DNA of 64,000 bases from the human T2T-CHM13v2.0 reference genome, Homo sapiens (GCF_009914755.1 NC_060942.1); one strand, 5' to 3'. Counted from the stretch's first letter, positions 41,480 to 57,832 are shown. Notes: generated by a model from the sequence alone, not told the origin. Numbers and translations are program-made.

Positions 41480-44083
41480 TAAAAGCATGGTCAAGGGTCT
41501 GACACTCCTCTCTGACACTAGGAACAAAGGTTGTCCTCCCAAAGGTGAAGAGGCATGATTGCTATGTGCGCCGCCCCCCTCCCCCCAACTTTGGCAGGAA
41601 AATGAGAACAAGTGAGGCAAAGACTCACTTGTTATGTCAATTCTAGGACCACATATTAGTGGTGAAATGACTTTTTCTTTCCAGCAATCCCAAAGTTACT
41701 GAGGGAGGTAGGAAATGTCAAGACAATGCAACCAACTTCTCTTCCACACCACATAGCTGCTTTTCCCCTGCCCAAATATAAACACAGACTTGCCTCTTTC
41801 TTGCAGGCTGCCTAGTCTTTTACTGTTTATTCAGGCTGTTGCCCACACGAGCACCATTGCATACAGGTGTGTAGGTAGATCCCTGCACAAGGATATCCTA
41901 CAGAGATGGTTAGAGGGAGCTGAAGTCAAGCTTGTAGTCCACTTGCATAGCAGGGCTCCAGGGTGTGGGGCTGTGCCTGTCTGAGAAAGGGTCACCTCTT
42001 TTGCATTCACAAAAAGATAGGGTATAGGCTAGCAGTGGCCCTGTTCAGTACTCAGAAAAATTTGCAGAAGAAAAAAGAGCATCATTACATCTTCAGTACT
42101 ACTATCATTACCATTACTGACATCATCATCATCAATTCGATATGTTACCTTGCTAAGATAATGATCCTCTGTAAAATTAGGGCAATTAGGAGTATATAGA
42201 TTTTAGGAGCAAATAAGCTGATGAGAAGTAGGCTCTGCTTAGGAGGATGGACATACCCTGGGGGAGAGCATGAGTGAGGGGCGCTGGTATCAGCTGATTT
42301 ATCGCAAGGAGCAGTCTGATAGCCGTGATGACATGCTGAGACCTGACTGGAGTCAACCTGGGGTCCAAAAGGAGTCGTTGCCATCTCTAGTTCCATCTTT
42401 CCTTAGGGAGGATGCCTGGATAAAGGGAGCTGGATGCCTAAGAACCAAAGCCTGGGTACTGGAGAGATGGACACTTGTGCACAGCACCCAAATAAACAAG
42501 CCTTCTTTCCTTTGTCAAGAGCTGCTGTCGATAGCTAAATTTAGTCAGCCGCTAGAGGGAGGTGCTGGGAAGTTAGGATGAGCTGTTTTCTCTTGCCCTT
42601 AATTCTTCTTGCTGATGTAGGGGAAAGCAGGAACTCCGCGGATTGGATAATTAGGTCAATGGCTTTCCACATAGAGAACAGGTTTTCCCATCGTTGGGCA
42701 GGTGTCATTGCAATGTTGCTGGCCTCAGAGTTGGCCTGCCTGAGCTGGCGAACAGGAGACCATTTGGATATTGTTCTCTTTGTTACCAAAATTCATCACA
42801 GGCACTGATAATGGAGGTATAGTAAGCATTAAAGAAGATTTGCACTCTGTATTCAATAATTTTAAGCACTTCATTCCCAGTCATAAATTTATTTTTTCAT
42901 TTAATAACATTGTATTGAGCATCCAATAGACAGCTATCTGAAACGACCTAACTAGACCCTCATTTGCTGTCTCCATCTTGTCCACAAGGTTATCAAGGAA
43001 ATTTTCGTCAATCTAATTACTCATCTTTTCATTAATTCTTTGGATAAAAACTTATTGGCCAAAGTGTGGGAGAAGAGGTAGGAATAAGACACAGAGCTCA
43101 TAGCCGTGTAAGAGAAAGTGAGCCGCGAGCAGAGCTGCGATGGGTTATTGGAGGGGCGCTGGAGCAAGAAGGAGGACTCCCGGCTCAGTCTGAGCTGAGT
43201 CTGAAAGGACCAGCAGGAATTAGTTAGGAAAACAAAGCCGGGGGGCTAGTGGCCCACACACAGCAAGGACTCAGGAGAAAGGAAATGGCTGTGGGGTCGC
43301 GGTGGGTGGTGAGTGTAGGCAGGACTGTGCATGACACCCCAACACTCTAGGAGGTTGAAATTCATCCCAAGGACGATCAGGAGGAGGAAGACAATTCACA
43401 GAGGTGCCTGTCAAACTACCTACGGTGAAGGAACAGTTTCCCCCTTTATATTACCAATTCATCATAGACCAATACTTAAGTAAAACAAAATAAATATGAG
43501 TTCCAAGGAAAGTAAAATAAAAAAATGAAGACACCCAAAACAGAAGCCCTAGCTTTTCATGATTAGTTTCGACATACATAAAATTACTTGGTGAAGTTTT
43601 CCTAACAGTTTCTAGATTCATAATCTCCATTTCTATACTTACGTCATGATGGCCAAGTTTCAGAATCCACAGACTGCCACAGACATGGAGCCTCCTGAGA
43701 GTCTCAGTAGTTGAAAGGAGGGCAGAGGAGAGCTCAGATTTGCATTTTTGAAAAGTGTACCTGGCCAGTGGCTGGTGAAGCCTGAAAGAATGGATACAGG
43801 TGAGGAGGGAGTTGAAGTAACCCAGGTGAGAGTGTGTGAGGCCTCAGCTTCAGCAGTGGTGGTGGGGATGGGAAGGGGATATCAGGATATGCGCTCTGGA
43901 GAGCCATTTTCCCAGTGTAGACACAAATGGGTGTGGTGATTTATTGGGTAGGGATGTGTGGGTGAAGGACCACAGGGGTATTGTGATGGTTCTTCATTTT
44001 CAGGCTTATACAACTTAATGGAACCATCTTGGACATGGGAAGTGCAGTGTGACTGTGTACAGGACTCCGTTTTGAAGGGCAGG

Positions 44084-44762
44084 GCTCTCTGCTGGCATCT
44101 CCAGATCTGGAAGATGGTTTCAGATGATAACCATAGGCCTCTATGAACATTTTTAGAAAAGTCCCTGTGTTTATTATGGACAAAGTTTATTATTTTGCAA
44201 CATCTAAGTTTCATAGGTGTCCTGAATTGAAAATGTAGAATAAAAAGAGTTAGCCAATTAGCTGGTTTGTAAATATCTTTTTGTTGTAATTGACATAAAA
44301 GAGGCATCATGGACATGGAATTGTTAAACTGCCTCTGAGCAGTGTATATTACAACTTGTTTACCAGGTTGGCAGCAGAGGGGCAGAAGGAAGGATAAAGG
44401 GAGAGAAGTATGCAGGTGCGTTCATATTAACATTTTGTTGATAGCCATTGATGTGTGTGCATCTCTTTTGGCTGTACTATAGGAACATACTAAGTAATTC
44501 AATGGAAACATACCTTCTTGCTAATACTTTAATGGTATAGATCTGCTGATGAATTCTCTTAAGAAACATTATACTCAATGTATTCTGTTGCTTTAGGTTT
44601 CATTTTAAATTGAGCATTAAGGGAGTGCAGTATTCTGACTGGAACTCTGCTAATGCTTTTATCTAGAGGTCTGTTGCCATTTTTGACTTCTATGAAATTT
44701 TTGTCCCAAGAAAGGTGGGGTTGCATTTTTTTCTAACAGCAAAAAAAAAAAAAAAAAAAAAA
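44084..44762 (+). pseudogene. Unassigned retroposed mRNA fragment (mostly 3'UTR-like) with poly(A)
   Basis: A24 tail 44741-44764; direct repeat AAGGGCAGG at 44075-44083 and 44763-44771; AT-rich non-repeat body within L2-like flanks. Confidence 0.65.
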
Positions 44763-47700
44763 AAGGGCAGGATGGGGAGTAGGGTTTTTTGTTTGTTTTC
44801 ATTTTTAACATGCTTTTAGTTGCTTTTAGTTTTAGCTATGTTGATTTTGAGATGCCAATGGGACATTCAGCAAGAGACAGGAAAGGATACTAGTGTTTCT
44901 AGAGGCGAGAGATGAATCAGCTTATGGTGGGGTCCAAAACCATGGCTGGGAGAGAGCATCAGGAGAAGAGAGTGGGCTGAGGGCAGAACCCAGGGAAGCC
45001 AGGATGGGTGGCCCGCCAAGGAAGAGGAGCCATAGAGAGACGGGATGATTTTAAGAAGGGAGTGATTTGGAGAGCCAAGAGCCCAGTGCTACAGAAGACC
45101 CAGCTCCCTTACAGACTGAAAAGTTCCTATTGCATTTTCACTGACCTGAGCAAGAATGATTTCGGAGGCAAGTCTGCAGGGTTTTCTTGCTCTATTAGCA
45201 CGTTAATATTATCCACAGAAGGAATTCAGCCCATTTCAATTGCAAATTCCTGACGAGTAAAGCTATGACAAGGGAACAAAACTTAAGGGAACAAATCCTG
45301 GAAACCTGTTATCCAAGGCACCCACCTGTGAGGTGAAAAGTCATCTCCAAAGATTAAAGAATGCCAACATAAAGGAAGCCCACTCTGAAACTCAAGAAAA
45401 ATTTGATTTGCTTCCTCTTACCTTTGTACACCTCAGTTTCCTACTAGTTTAAGTTTATGTAAGTAACCTTTAGCGAGTAGCCTATAGCTTAACCCTCTTC
45501 CCTGTAAAGGAAGGGGAAGAACGAGGTCACTTCTATCTTCCTCCATAGGAGAGGAGAGCGCCTTGTCCAAAGCTCAGTCAGCCCCTCTCCTGCTGCAGCT
45601 GAGATTCACCTGAGCTCTTGGCATGCAAATGGCGGTGTGGAGGTAATTTAGGAAGGGATTGGAGATTGCTCTTTATAAGCATAGAGACAGTACTCACGTT
45701 ACAGCTGTTTTCAGAAGGTCTTATTAGCATTTATCCCGGATTTAAAATAATTTTAAGTGAAGTATATTTAACATTTGCCTAATATTTAAGACAATCCTGG
45801 ATGAGTTCGCTAAACCCCTCCCTCGCAACTTGTACTTCTAGCTTTGCCATTGTCTTCTCTAACAGTGCGAAACAGAATTTTCATTTAAACACGGGGTCAA
45901 ACCTAAAAGATGACCCATGATTAAAAAAAAAAACAAAAAGAAAACACTGTTTGATTGATTGATTCATTATTTATTTTCTTGGAGTCTTTCCAGATACAAC
46001 AAAACTAATACCATTCGTTCAAGATACCACGTAAGATAGTAAAATAAAGTACATCTAGGCATTGACTTAGGATCTCTGAGTGTGGGAGAAATATTGGCTG
46101 CTGCGTCAAAGACCGAGGCCTTGGTCTTTGAGGTTCACAAAGCCCCAGGGCTGCCAGGTGGTGAGGTCAATAGGAAATGTCTGAAATTAGAGCTTGTGTG
46201 TTTATGAAATACTGGGTCACGCAGGCTGAGGGGTTCTGTGAGCATATACAGAATAGTCTGAAGGCACTTGCGGTTTTATCAGTTAGTGCATGGGGGTAAA
46301 TCTGCAGCTGCTTATTTATTTGGTAACAACTTTTAATTTTGCAGTAAACCCTGTTGACAACATTGAGCTTAAAAAAAAAAAAAAAAGAAAGAGCATATTT
46401 AATGAAAAACCAGGGGTGCTGAATTTGCTTTTCTCCTGTTGACGATGTAACTTGGATTAAAATTTCCCATTAACCACGGGCTGCACTGCCATCACTGACC
46501 ACATGAAAACCAGAAATGCTAACCTGCTGGAGAAGCACGAGGGTCTCCTCCAAATGTTACAATTTAGCACATCTGGCTGCAAAGGCCTTCCATGCAGCCC
46601 TCTGGGAAGTGTGATGTTTCATTCAGATCATGTGACTATTGTCCAAATTAATTAACTCATTCTAATTCCAAGTTTTTCTTATAAGAATGACCCCAACAGT
46701 TAAATGATGTCAGTTTTATGTCAGTGTCATGAGCTGTTGCCAATAGAAAATTATTTATGTTAATTTAAATAATGGTTCCAATTTTCTTTTGTGGGATTTA
46801 CAAAACTTCTGGAATATTTGTCTATTAAATGAGAAACATCTGACACTATTATGAATTTAATTGTAAATTTAAAGGTTCATAATTGAAGATAATACTTATT
46901 TCTATAGTGATAACATAAATAGAAATTTTGGTAATGTCAGTGTTTTTTTTCCACTTTTCAAAAATATGCATTTATTTTTCATCATTTGTTTCTCTACAAA
47001 AGGAAAACAATGTCACTGTTATAATGAACACATTTTCTTTTCTAAATTAAAAAAATCCCCTAAGTCAGCAATAAACTTGGAATTGGTTGTAGGGCTCATA
47101 AAATTCATAATTGTGTCCAAATACACTGTTATTTTACAAAAATAGAAGTTACAGTTGTAAAAATGTATGAACATTTATTTATTTTAGAAATTGTTTTTCC
47201 TTTAATTTTTTACATTGACATATAACAATTGTATATATTTATGGGGTATAGCTTGATGTTTTGATACATATTATGTGTAGTAATCAGATCAGGGTAATTA
47301 GCATATCCACCATCTCAAATATTTATCATTGCTTTGTGTTGGGAACACTCAATATACACCTAGCTATTAGAAGGCCTGTACTATATTATTATTAACTGAA
47401 GTCACCCCACAGTGCTATAGAACACTGTAATTTTGTATTTTTTAACAAATCTCTATCTCCCCTCCATCCCTTACTAATCTCTAGGGTCCTCTGTACAAGT
47501 TTTTAAATGTATGTACAGAATAATTGCAGTTTTTTGTGAAGCCTTCATCAGTTGGGTTTTAGAAGTGTCGGAATCTTTGAAAAACTATATTATGAATCAA
47601 CTCATGTCCCATATTAGTATTAAAGTTTTGTTGTTTTTAGTAAACCAATCATTTACCTTTTCATTGCATTTCCCCTCAAAATCAGTTGGAAGTGTCTACA

Positions 47701-48519
47701 CAAAGCATTTATGAAACAGAGCATAAGAAAACCTCAGCTTTTGCTGCTTTTAGCTAATTAAAATTATCAAAAACAAAGCCTGCAGACAGGACGCCATATA
47801 AATTAATCACCAAAGAAAGAAAGAGGGAGCTGAACAAATTTAAGAATAAGAGTTCAAACGTGTGTGATGTTTAATTTTGAAATTCTATAATTGCATTTTG
47901 GAATATTTCAACTCGTGGGAGGGATCTTTTGATAGGATTTGTACTTTTAATTAGACAACTTCATATATATATGTATTTTCTACCAGTACAGAATGAAACC
48001 AAGGTCCTCAATTTTGCACTTTCTAAACTTGGTGAAATGTTCAAAATAATCATAAACAGATAACTTATTTGACAAGTTCCGGCTTTTTGAAAACATTTTC
48101 TCTGAATAGAGGCAAAGAAACCGTAGCTGTGACAATATTGGAGCTGGATTATTTAAGAATTAAATTATGGAAAAGTTTTAATCAACAATATCCCTCATGT
48201 AGAATTTGCTCTGAGCTTAGCAGGTATTTCAGCATCTACTGAAAGACTATCTTCTAACAACCCCAATTTCGTTAATCATAAAATGCGCTTTGAAGAAGAT
48301 TTCTGGCAATTTTATAAAAGAATTAAAAATAATACAGCACATTGAGAAACTAAATTCTTTGGGAAAATTGTAGTGACAGCTTTGGAGACCAGGATTTCTA
48401 AAATACCTGAGATTATACAAGAATAATGATTTTGTTTGTTTGTGTTTTTTTAACACTGAGATAACAAAAAGTTTTTTCACATTTTGCTTAGTGTGTACAG
48501 ATACATGCTATTTTATTTT

Positions 48520-49223
<704 letters not shown>

Positions 49224-49686
49224 TCAGATTTCATCTATCTATGCAACTTTATCTCTAGCTCTATAACTGTAATTATTTTTGATGCCCTTTTCCCTTTCAG
49301 AATTGTCCTGGTGTGGAAGAATAATTATATGGTCGCGCTCTCTATATAACAGGGCGGAATAGTAAAAATGCTCTCCAGAAAGGAGCTCTTCAGGTTTTCT
49401 TCATCTCCATTGGCCTCAGGAGAGGTGTTATTTTTGCTAGGTATGAAGTTTTTTCTGGTTGTTGTCTCGACCCTGACACCATAGAGTTTGCTTCTTTGTC
49501 TGGGTGGATGTCAGGGCTGAGAAGGAAACAGCTCTGTCACTTGAGAACTGGCTTAATCTGTGGGGAAATCAAACTTAGTCTCTATGTCTCCTCTGTAAAA
49601 TATTAACTGTTAAGGTGCCTTCCGACTCAAACGCAATGTTATCATCAACCTTTAAGAGAATCGGTCACTTCTGTTCATTTTCTCTT

Positions 49687-49701
49687 CCACTAGATGGCGC
49701 T
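49687..49701 (+). promoter_or_regulatory. CTCF motif
   Basis: CCACTAGATGGCGCT matches the CTCF core CCASYAGRKGGCRSY in non-repeat sequence. Confidence 0.72.
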
Positions 49702-52700
49702 GTCCGTCACATTATAACAGTGCTGCTCAGGGCCTGGAACTGTCAGTTGCTACAGCTTTTCTTTAAGAACTGTGAACTCCCGCCCTGCCTTAGACCTTCT
49801 GCCCCTGCTGCTATGGGGACGTTGTTGAAGTGCTTTCTTCTCCTTGCCACCAAGACACTCTGCAACATTCCTTAACGTTTCATTCTAGGCCACCTCCCCA
49901 AGCTTAAAAAATTTGTTTATGGTAAGAACGGTTAATATGAGGTGTAACTTCCTAATTTTCAGTGTACAACAATATATTATTATCAGCTGTAATAATAATA
50001 ACAATATATTATTACAGCGTTGAACAGCAGATCTCTAGAATCTATTCATCTTGCTTAATTGAAACTTTACTTTCCGTCTTTCTAGAACTCACGTTGCACC
50101 CGGCGTGACTATGATTTACCACTCACAGTTCAGGGTGGGGACACTGAAATACGAGGCTCATAGAGTCTGGTGGTACTGGGTCTTGGTGAGTAGGAGCAAG
50201 CAAGGCACTGCCCAAAAGCACTTCTACCCGTATGAGCATCCGTCCACAGGTAAGACCCGGGGACTCAGCCCCAACTTACCTGATGTGGCTCTGTGAGCAC
50301 CAGGTGTGTGGGGCCGGGAGACAGGGACCACCCTAGTTTAGCTTCCTTAAGACCTTCAACAGTGGCTCTGCAAAGTGCTTATAAAAGGAAAAATCAGTGG
50401 AATGAATCCCAGGGCAGCTGAGATCTGCTGTGGATCTACTCTGTACCAGCCATGTGCTAGATGCTTGATATACACAACCACATTTATGTGTAGCACAAAA
50501 ACCCTGTAAGGTAGGGACTGGTACTTTGATCCTCACTTTGTTTCTTGAACTTTCGCTAATTGTTCTTTGCTTCTGCCTCAACTCCGCCCCTTCTGTCCCT
50601 CTCAGTCTGATATACCAATGGACTGCCCTCCTAGCTTGGTTTCCTAGATTCCAGTACCATTTGGTGCATTATTGCAATTAACTGTTGAAAATCATGAGCC
50701 TCTTTCATGTTAGGGAACTAGGTCTTCTGGGTGGAATCCAGCCCTGAAGGCTGGGAGTTGGTAACTTTGCCATGTGTTTCTTGTTGTCACGAGATGCCTC
50801 ATCCCTCATTCTAGGAGTCCTAAAAATTTCATATGTCTCAGCATCTCCTGAGAATTTTGTTAAAATGCAGATTCCAAGGTCCCATCTCTATAGGTTCTGA
50901 CTTATTATCTAAGGTAGGCTCGAGAATGAGTATTTTGAAATAAGCATCACGGGTGATTCTGAGGCAGTTTCCAAGGATCCTGTGTTGGGAAACTCAGCCC
51001 CGTGGGGCTGGCTCATTGTCATGGATGCCCTGTCTTGGTGCCTGCTTCTTAGCTCCCTGCCTATCTCTAGAACAGGTACCCCATGTGAAACGCGCTCATC
51101 AGGGATCTGTCCCTTTGCCCCTGGGAATCTTCTGTAGTCCAAACCAGGGCCTTCACCCTCAGCTCTGTTTTCAGGTGTGAGGCTCTTGCTCTTCCTCAGA
51201 GACAGGTTCCATGAGTAACCTTTTCCTTTCGGTTGGGCCTACTCCCTATAAGCAGGGCATGGCCTCACACCCAGTGCAGGCTTGGTAATGCCTTAATTGT
51301 GGAGCACACAGAGAACAAGTGTTACCAGGACGGGACAATGGTGGCAGGAGCCATGCTTCTGCCCAGCCCTAGAGGATGATGACGATTTCTCAGGCAGGTT
51401 AAGGGTGGGGTGGAAGCTATTTCTAGGAAAGGAAAAGCAAGAACAGTGAAAGGGCAAGGTGTGTTTGGGAGCCTAGAAGAGGCTGTGTAGCTGAAATGCA
51501 TGTGTCAGTGGAGAATGAGTCACAGATGCATGGTGGGGAGAGGCTGGACATCCACCCCCAGGAGATTGTCCTTCATGCTGGCTGAGGAGTCAACAGGTGT
51601 CCTTGCAAGGGGGAGACAGACTGAATGAAATTGGGGGACTCAGTAGGAGAAAGAAAAGCTGATCAGAGGCTGTTGACTCTGATATAGAATAAAAGTAATG
51701 AAGGCATAAACCAGGACAGTGGTAGAAAAACCAGACCACAGAGGAGAAAATGTAGAGAAGTTTGATAGGTAGAAGCTAAGCATCTTGAAGCCCAGTTGTG
51801 GGTAGGGGTGGGTAAACAGGAGAAATCAACAACTAACATTTTAAGCTGAAGTGAATAAACAGATGGTGAGGCCATTCTACAAGACAAATAGAAGGTGTCA
51901 AACTAAGTAACACATAGAGAGGGAAACTCTCCAAAAGAAAATGATATTTATTTCGCAGTAGCCTTGCAATAGGAATATGTGCATCATAGTAAACTAACTG
52001 TGTGTATTCAAAGAGGTTGAGGCAAGGAGAAATTTTTAAAGGTAAAATAAGGAGGATTACATAAGTTGTTTTGAATTAATTATCCTTGGCTACAAGAATC
52101 AATACCAAGGGTGGCATCAGTCCAATGTTAAACAGGCGGTTGGTGGACAGATGTCCTTGTATAAGGAATTTTTTTGTGTGAGGTTGTGATGTCCTTTGTG
52201 CAAAGTTATGGCTTTTGCAGAGTCTTTTGTGATACTTCTTGTTATCAGGTGTATGTGTATGAAAAAAATCCCTTCTTGCCTTCTCTGGCTCCATTTTGTC
52301 AAGGCTTGACATAAATGACTCCATTTGATTCTGACAACGTTCACATTTCCCCCTTTTGATCAAGATTTTGCTCTGAAAGCATCAGCGATCAGTCATCTTG
52401 ATAAGTTTTGGTTATCCCTCAGTGTCAGTGTGGACCTGTCCCAGGTTGCTGATCTGATCCTCTGTTGGAGAGAAGTGACTGGTGACTAGGAGTCCGGGTC
52501 AAAATTCTTTTAGCAACATTTGAGCAACAAGGGAGGTTTGGAAGGAGTGGCTCTTGACTAAGTCGACCTGGAGTCCATTGTCAAGTTCAGTTTTTGTCTA
52601 TTCCATAGGCCTTGGCTATCATCTCAAAGCACTGGGCCAGCATTAGTCTGCTAGGATTGTACTTAGCATTATCTTGCCCAAAAAAAAGGTAGGCACAAGC

Positions 52701-55349
52701 AAGGGAAAATTAAGAGGGGTAAGAATCTCATTATGCTGGGAGTTTTGTTCTGTCGCTGTGAGAAAAGCCATCCACAACAGTCAACTGCCTATACCTCGTC
52801 CTGGTTTGGAGTCTGAACACCTCCAGTAATGGAATTAGGTGGTCTAGTGAAGTTTTGGTGTGACCCATACATCAGGCATGAGACTTGTCCCTTAAAATTC
52901 ATTTAGTTTCAGCTACAGGGCTTCAGGAACAGACCAGTTATCGTTCTTAGTTGGAGCATTGCAGCTAGATATTGGAGGAAAGTAAGATAATTCAGAACCT
53001 AGTTCAGTCTACAGGTAGATAACCAGAACTCAAAAGCAATAGGTAGGACTACAATCTAATGAAAAGCGTATTATAGCTATAGAGAAACATAGTTTTTCTC
53101 TCTATAGTAATCCTGATTTTTATCACAGATAATCAAAATAAGACTAATTTGTTTGTAAAATAAGTTTAGTTTTTATCAAATTTTACCTGATCATTTACAT
53201 AGTGTGACAAGAGTAATGATTGACCACATGGTAATTTCAGATTAAAAAACCCCTTGAGGCTAGAAAACCGAATCAAGGCAGACTTCAGACTTTGTCTGCA
53301 GGACGTATAAACAACTTAAAACTAAAATCTAAGTCAAAACCTTGGTAATATAACCAACACTTGCAATTGTATCCTTTTATAAAAAGAGGAGATTCTTATT
53401 GCTAGAAAAATAAGAACATTCACAAATAGTTTCCAAATTTTGGAGGGATCAATCAGCAAAAAAAAGTAAATGTTTCCACTTTTGTTCACAAGAGTATATT
53501 TTACCAAATTGCAAGCTGTAGATAAAGAGAAAAATGGTAAAGAGAAAATTTCTTTAAATCTGGGAAGCAAAACATTTAAATAAAGAGCCAATAGTTTTCA
53601 AATAAAAGCCATAAAACATAATCTTTATCAGTTATTCAATTTCATGTAATTAATTTTTTGTTTTGCTTGATCTTGATTAGCAGTTTCACAAATTCAACAG
53701 TTTCTCCTTTAAAGTTGAGGAAAATTTTTATTCAGTCCATCATCTAAACATTATTAGAAATCTGCATTCGAGAGTACTGGTTAGAATCTTTGCCATGAAT
53801 CTGACTGCAGATGCCTTTAGAGAAGAATCAAAACAATAACTGTGGATGACAAAAACTTAGAATAACCATGGTTAAAAATCTGGAAATTGATAAGAAATTT
53901 TTTTTTTGTGGCATACAACAAGATAGCCAGAATTATAACTGATGACATGCTAGATTTTAAGGAATTTTGAATCACTTTGGAACATTCATATCAATAACAT
54001 ACTCATAAATGTAACTGAGATAAAAATCTAACATCAGATATCATTTGATAATGTTTCCCATATAATTCAACATATTAATTCAGCCTAATTTAGTTTAATA
54101 TGTCATTTCCATAAAACTTTGAGATGTTCCAGGGTCCTCTGGAACATCCCAAAGTTAGTTTGAGATAAAAAGAGATTTAATTTAGAACTTGATTGTGGGG
54201 AAGCCTGCCAAAAATGTCAAAAGGTTCAAAACACTTTATCAAAATGGGATAACATGTCACTGTGAAGTAATAGTCATTCATTTAAACAAAGTGATGTTCA
54301 AAAGACTTTAGAAGCAAATATAGACAGTCACATGGCTGTAAGAAGAAAAATCCTTAACCCTTTCGAAGTTCATTTTTCCTAAGTAGTAAACTCATGAAGA
54401 CAACATGAAGCACAAGAAATGACAAAATATTTGTTTCCTAGGCCAATTACTAAAAGGTAAAGAAACAAACCTCCTTCAGTGTGATTGCTTCCGCATATGG
54501 GAAGCTTGTTTAGATAATCTGGAAGTCAAACCTGATGAAAAGGTGCTTGAATTCAGTCAAGCACAGGAAGAGTCTGTGCCCAAGTTATGAATGTACACCA
54601 TATGACAGAAGAAATAAACAAGAAAGCCAGTACCTTGAACAGGGGAATGTATGGCTTTTAGAAAAAGTAAAGACACCTGAAATTGCCTGGATGCAAGCAC
54701 AATTCGGACAGATCAAGAAAAGCCAAGAGTACAGAATCAAGTTATACTGGAAGAAAACATTGCTTTTCTAAGCCTTCAGGACAAACATTTCAGCATCAGG
54801 TCACAGCAGCAGATTAATAAATGGAAAAAAAAGTTATAGGAACTGATGAGAAGGTTGAAGGAGAGAATTACCATCCCAGCCAAGCAAAAAGCGGTACTTT
54901 CTCAAGGACAGAAACAGCAGGAGGCAGTGATGCGTGACTTGCAAATCACAAGCTGTGGATACAACAGAAGTTGAACTTCCAAGATATTGAATCTGAAAAG
55001 CTTCAAGAGGAAAATTCTACCTTGAGAAATAAAATTGCCATTCTAAGTGAAGAAGGCAGCATTCTCAACCTTAAATAGGGAAATTAAATGGATCTCAGGA
55101 AGAAATACGGCAGAAATAAAAACTGTAAAACAAGAAGATGTTGCAGTTCAGAAAATGGTTGAAAAAAATTCAGAATTAAAAGAAAAACTTTTTTTTTTGC
55201 TAGAAAAGATCAACACTTTAAGTAAATTTTGTTATTCCAACATAGGGGACCAAAATATTCTAGTTCCGTATTAGTATATTAATGCTCGATTTTTGGAAAA
55301 ACTTCTAAATGATTCCTTTAATTATAGCCAAATTGATTACACACAAAAT

Positions 55350-56113
<764 letters not shown>

Positions 56114-57347
56114 CCCTTCCCATTTTGAAAAGTTCTTTGGTTTTTAACCTTCATTACCAAAAATGTATTTTCACAGCTATAATTTTTTAATTTCTTTCTC
56201 ACATGCTTACTGGTTTTTTTCTATGTTGTTTCTATTTCCTTTCTAAGTCTGTATTTTGAAACAACCATTAAATCACCTCTGATTTAGACAATAAAGAACT
56301 CATTTTCTATGCCTTTCTTATAATTTTTCCCATCGAAAATACATCTTAGCTTTCTGGTACACTTTGTGTACAGAATTGTATATACTAATTAGGAATTTTA
56401 CTCATAGTAACCTTAATTTCTAGTGAAACCTTAGAAGTGAGCAGTTTTGAACTCTTATTCTTATACCAACAGCTTATAAATACATATTTTATAATTTTTA
56501 GAAACATAGCTTCTCATACAACAATTTTTAATAGTTAACAATTTTATTAATAGAGTCAAATGTATTTAGTTGTTCTATAAAATTTAAGAAGTCAAGAACA
56601 AACTTGTACTTGTGTTCAGCAATTTATTTTTCATATTGGAAATGACCCAGACACTTAACGAGTATCTATTACTTAATTCAACATAATATTACTTTAACAT
56701 TTCAAATTACATGAAAAGTTTATTTATAAATATTTATCCAACTTATAGTTACCAAATTTATTTTTTTAAACAATTATACCTAGATTACTTATGAAAACTG
56801 CAATATTCAACAGGTCGAGTCATTATTTCAAGTGATTTCTTTGTTAAGTGATTTTATAGCCTGTAAATATCAGGCATTTATCACCCAAGTAAGAACTTTA
56901 AAGTAAATATGTGTGTATTTTGCCAATAATTCAGAAGGTACAGCTATTTTCATTAAATTAACAATATTAAACTAGCCTTATTCATGAAAGACTTACACAA
57001 AGATCATTTTGTTTTTAAGCTGGATTTATACTTTCATTACTTTAAAACATCTAGGGGAGACAAATATAATCCCATCTGACCAATAAACCCAGGAAAAAAT
57101 GTATGCTGATAATTCTGAAGACATTTCTATTTTTATATTATCAATAATTTAAAAATCATGGATCTTAAAAACATTTGAGCTAGTTGCTGTATTTTTGGTA
57201 ACATATTTGATTTAAACACTTATTTTTTTCCTTTTAAGTTAATTAATTAACTAGAGCTCTTTCATGAATTCTGGTTGAAAGCTATTACATACACACAACA
57301 TGAAAACACACAAACAACATAAATACAGAAGCAGATTCCCTAGCTTC

Positions 57348-57535
57348 CTTTTTATTTATTTATTTACTAATACTTATTTACTTATTTTTAGAGATGGAGT
57401 CTTGCTCTGTTGCCCAGGCTGGAGTGCAGTGGTGTGATCATAGTTCACTGCAGCCTTGAATTACTGGACTCTACTGATCCTCCCACCTCAGCATCCTGAG
57501 TAGTTGGGATTACAGATGTGAGTCATGGTGCCCAT
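57348..57535 (-). mobile_element. Alu right-monomer/FRAM-like element in the ERV
   Basis: Single arm; TTCCCTAGCTT repeated on both flanks. Confidence 0.8.
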
Positions 57536-57832
57536 CTTCCCTAGCTTTCATTTTAGAATTTTAGTCATAAGACAGTAAAATATAGTAAAATAAAATCATG
57601 ACATTAACTGTTTTATATTTTTATCCAAATTGTGTTTCTGACAAAATGGGACAAATCTATCCTGCTTGATAGCTTAGCGTTATGATTTTTATTTGCCTGA
57701 TAATCTTATGAAGGCTGTGGACCATACTTGGGATAAAACAGTTTGTTGTAAAAAAGTATTTTACCATGTTTTCACCTCTCTTTTCAATTTTAAGTGAGTT
57801 GAGAGATTAATTCTTTCAATGTTTACATTTTA

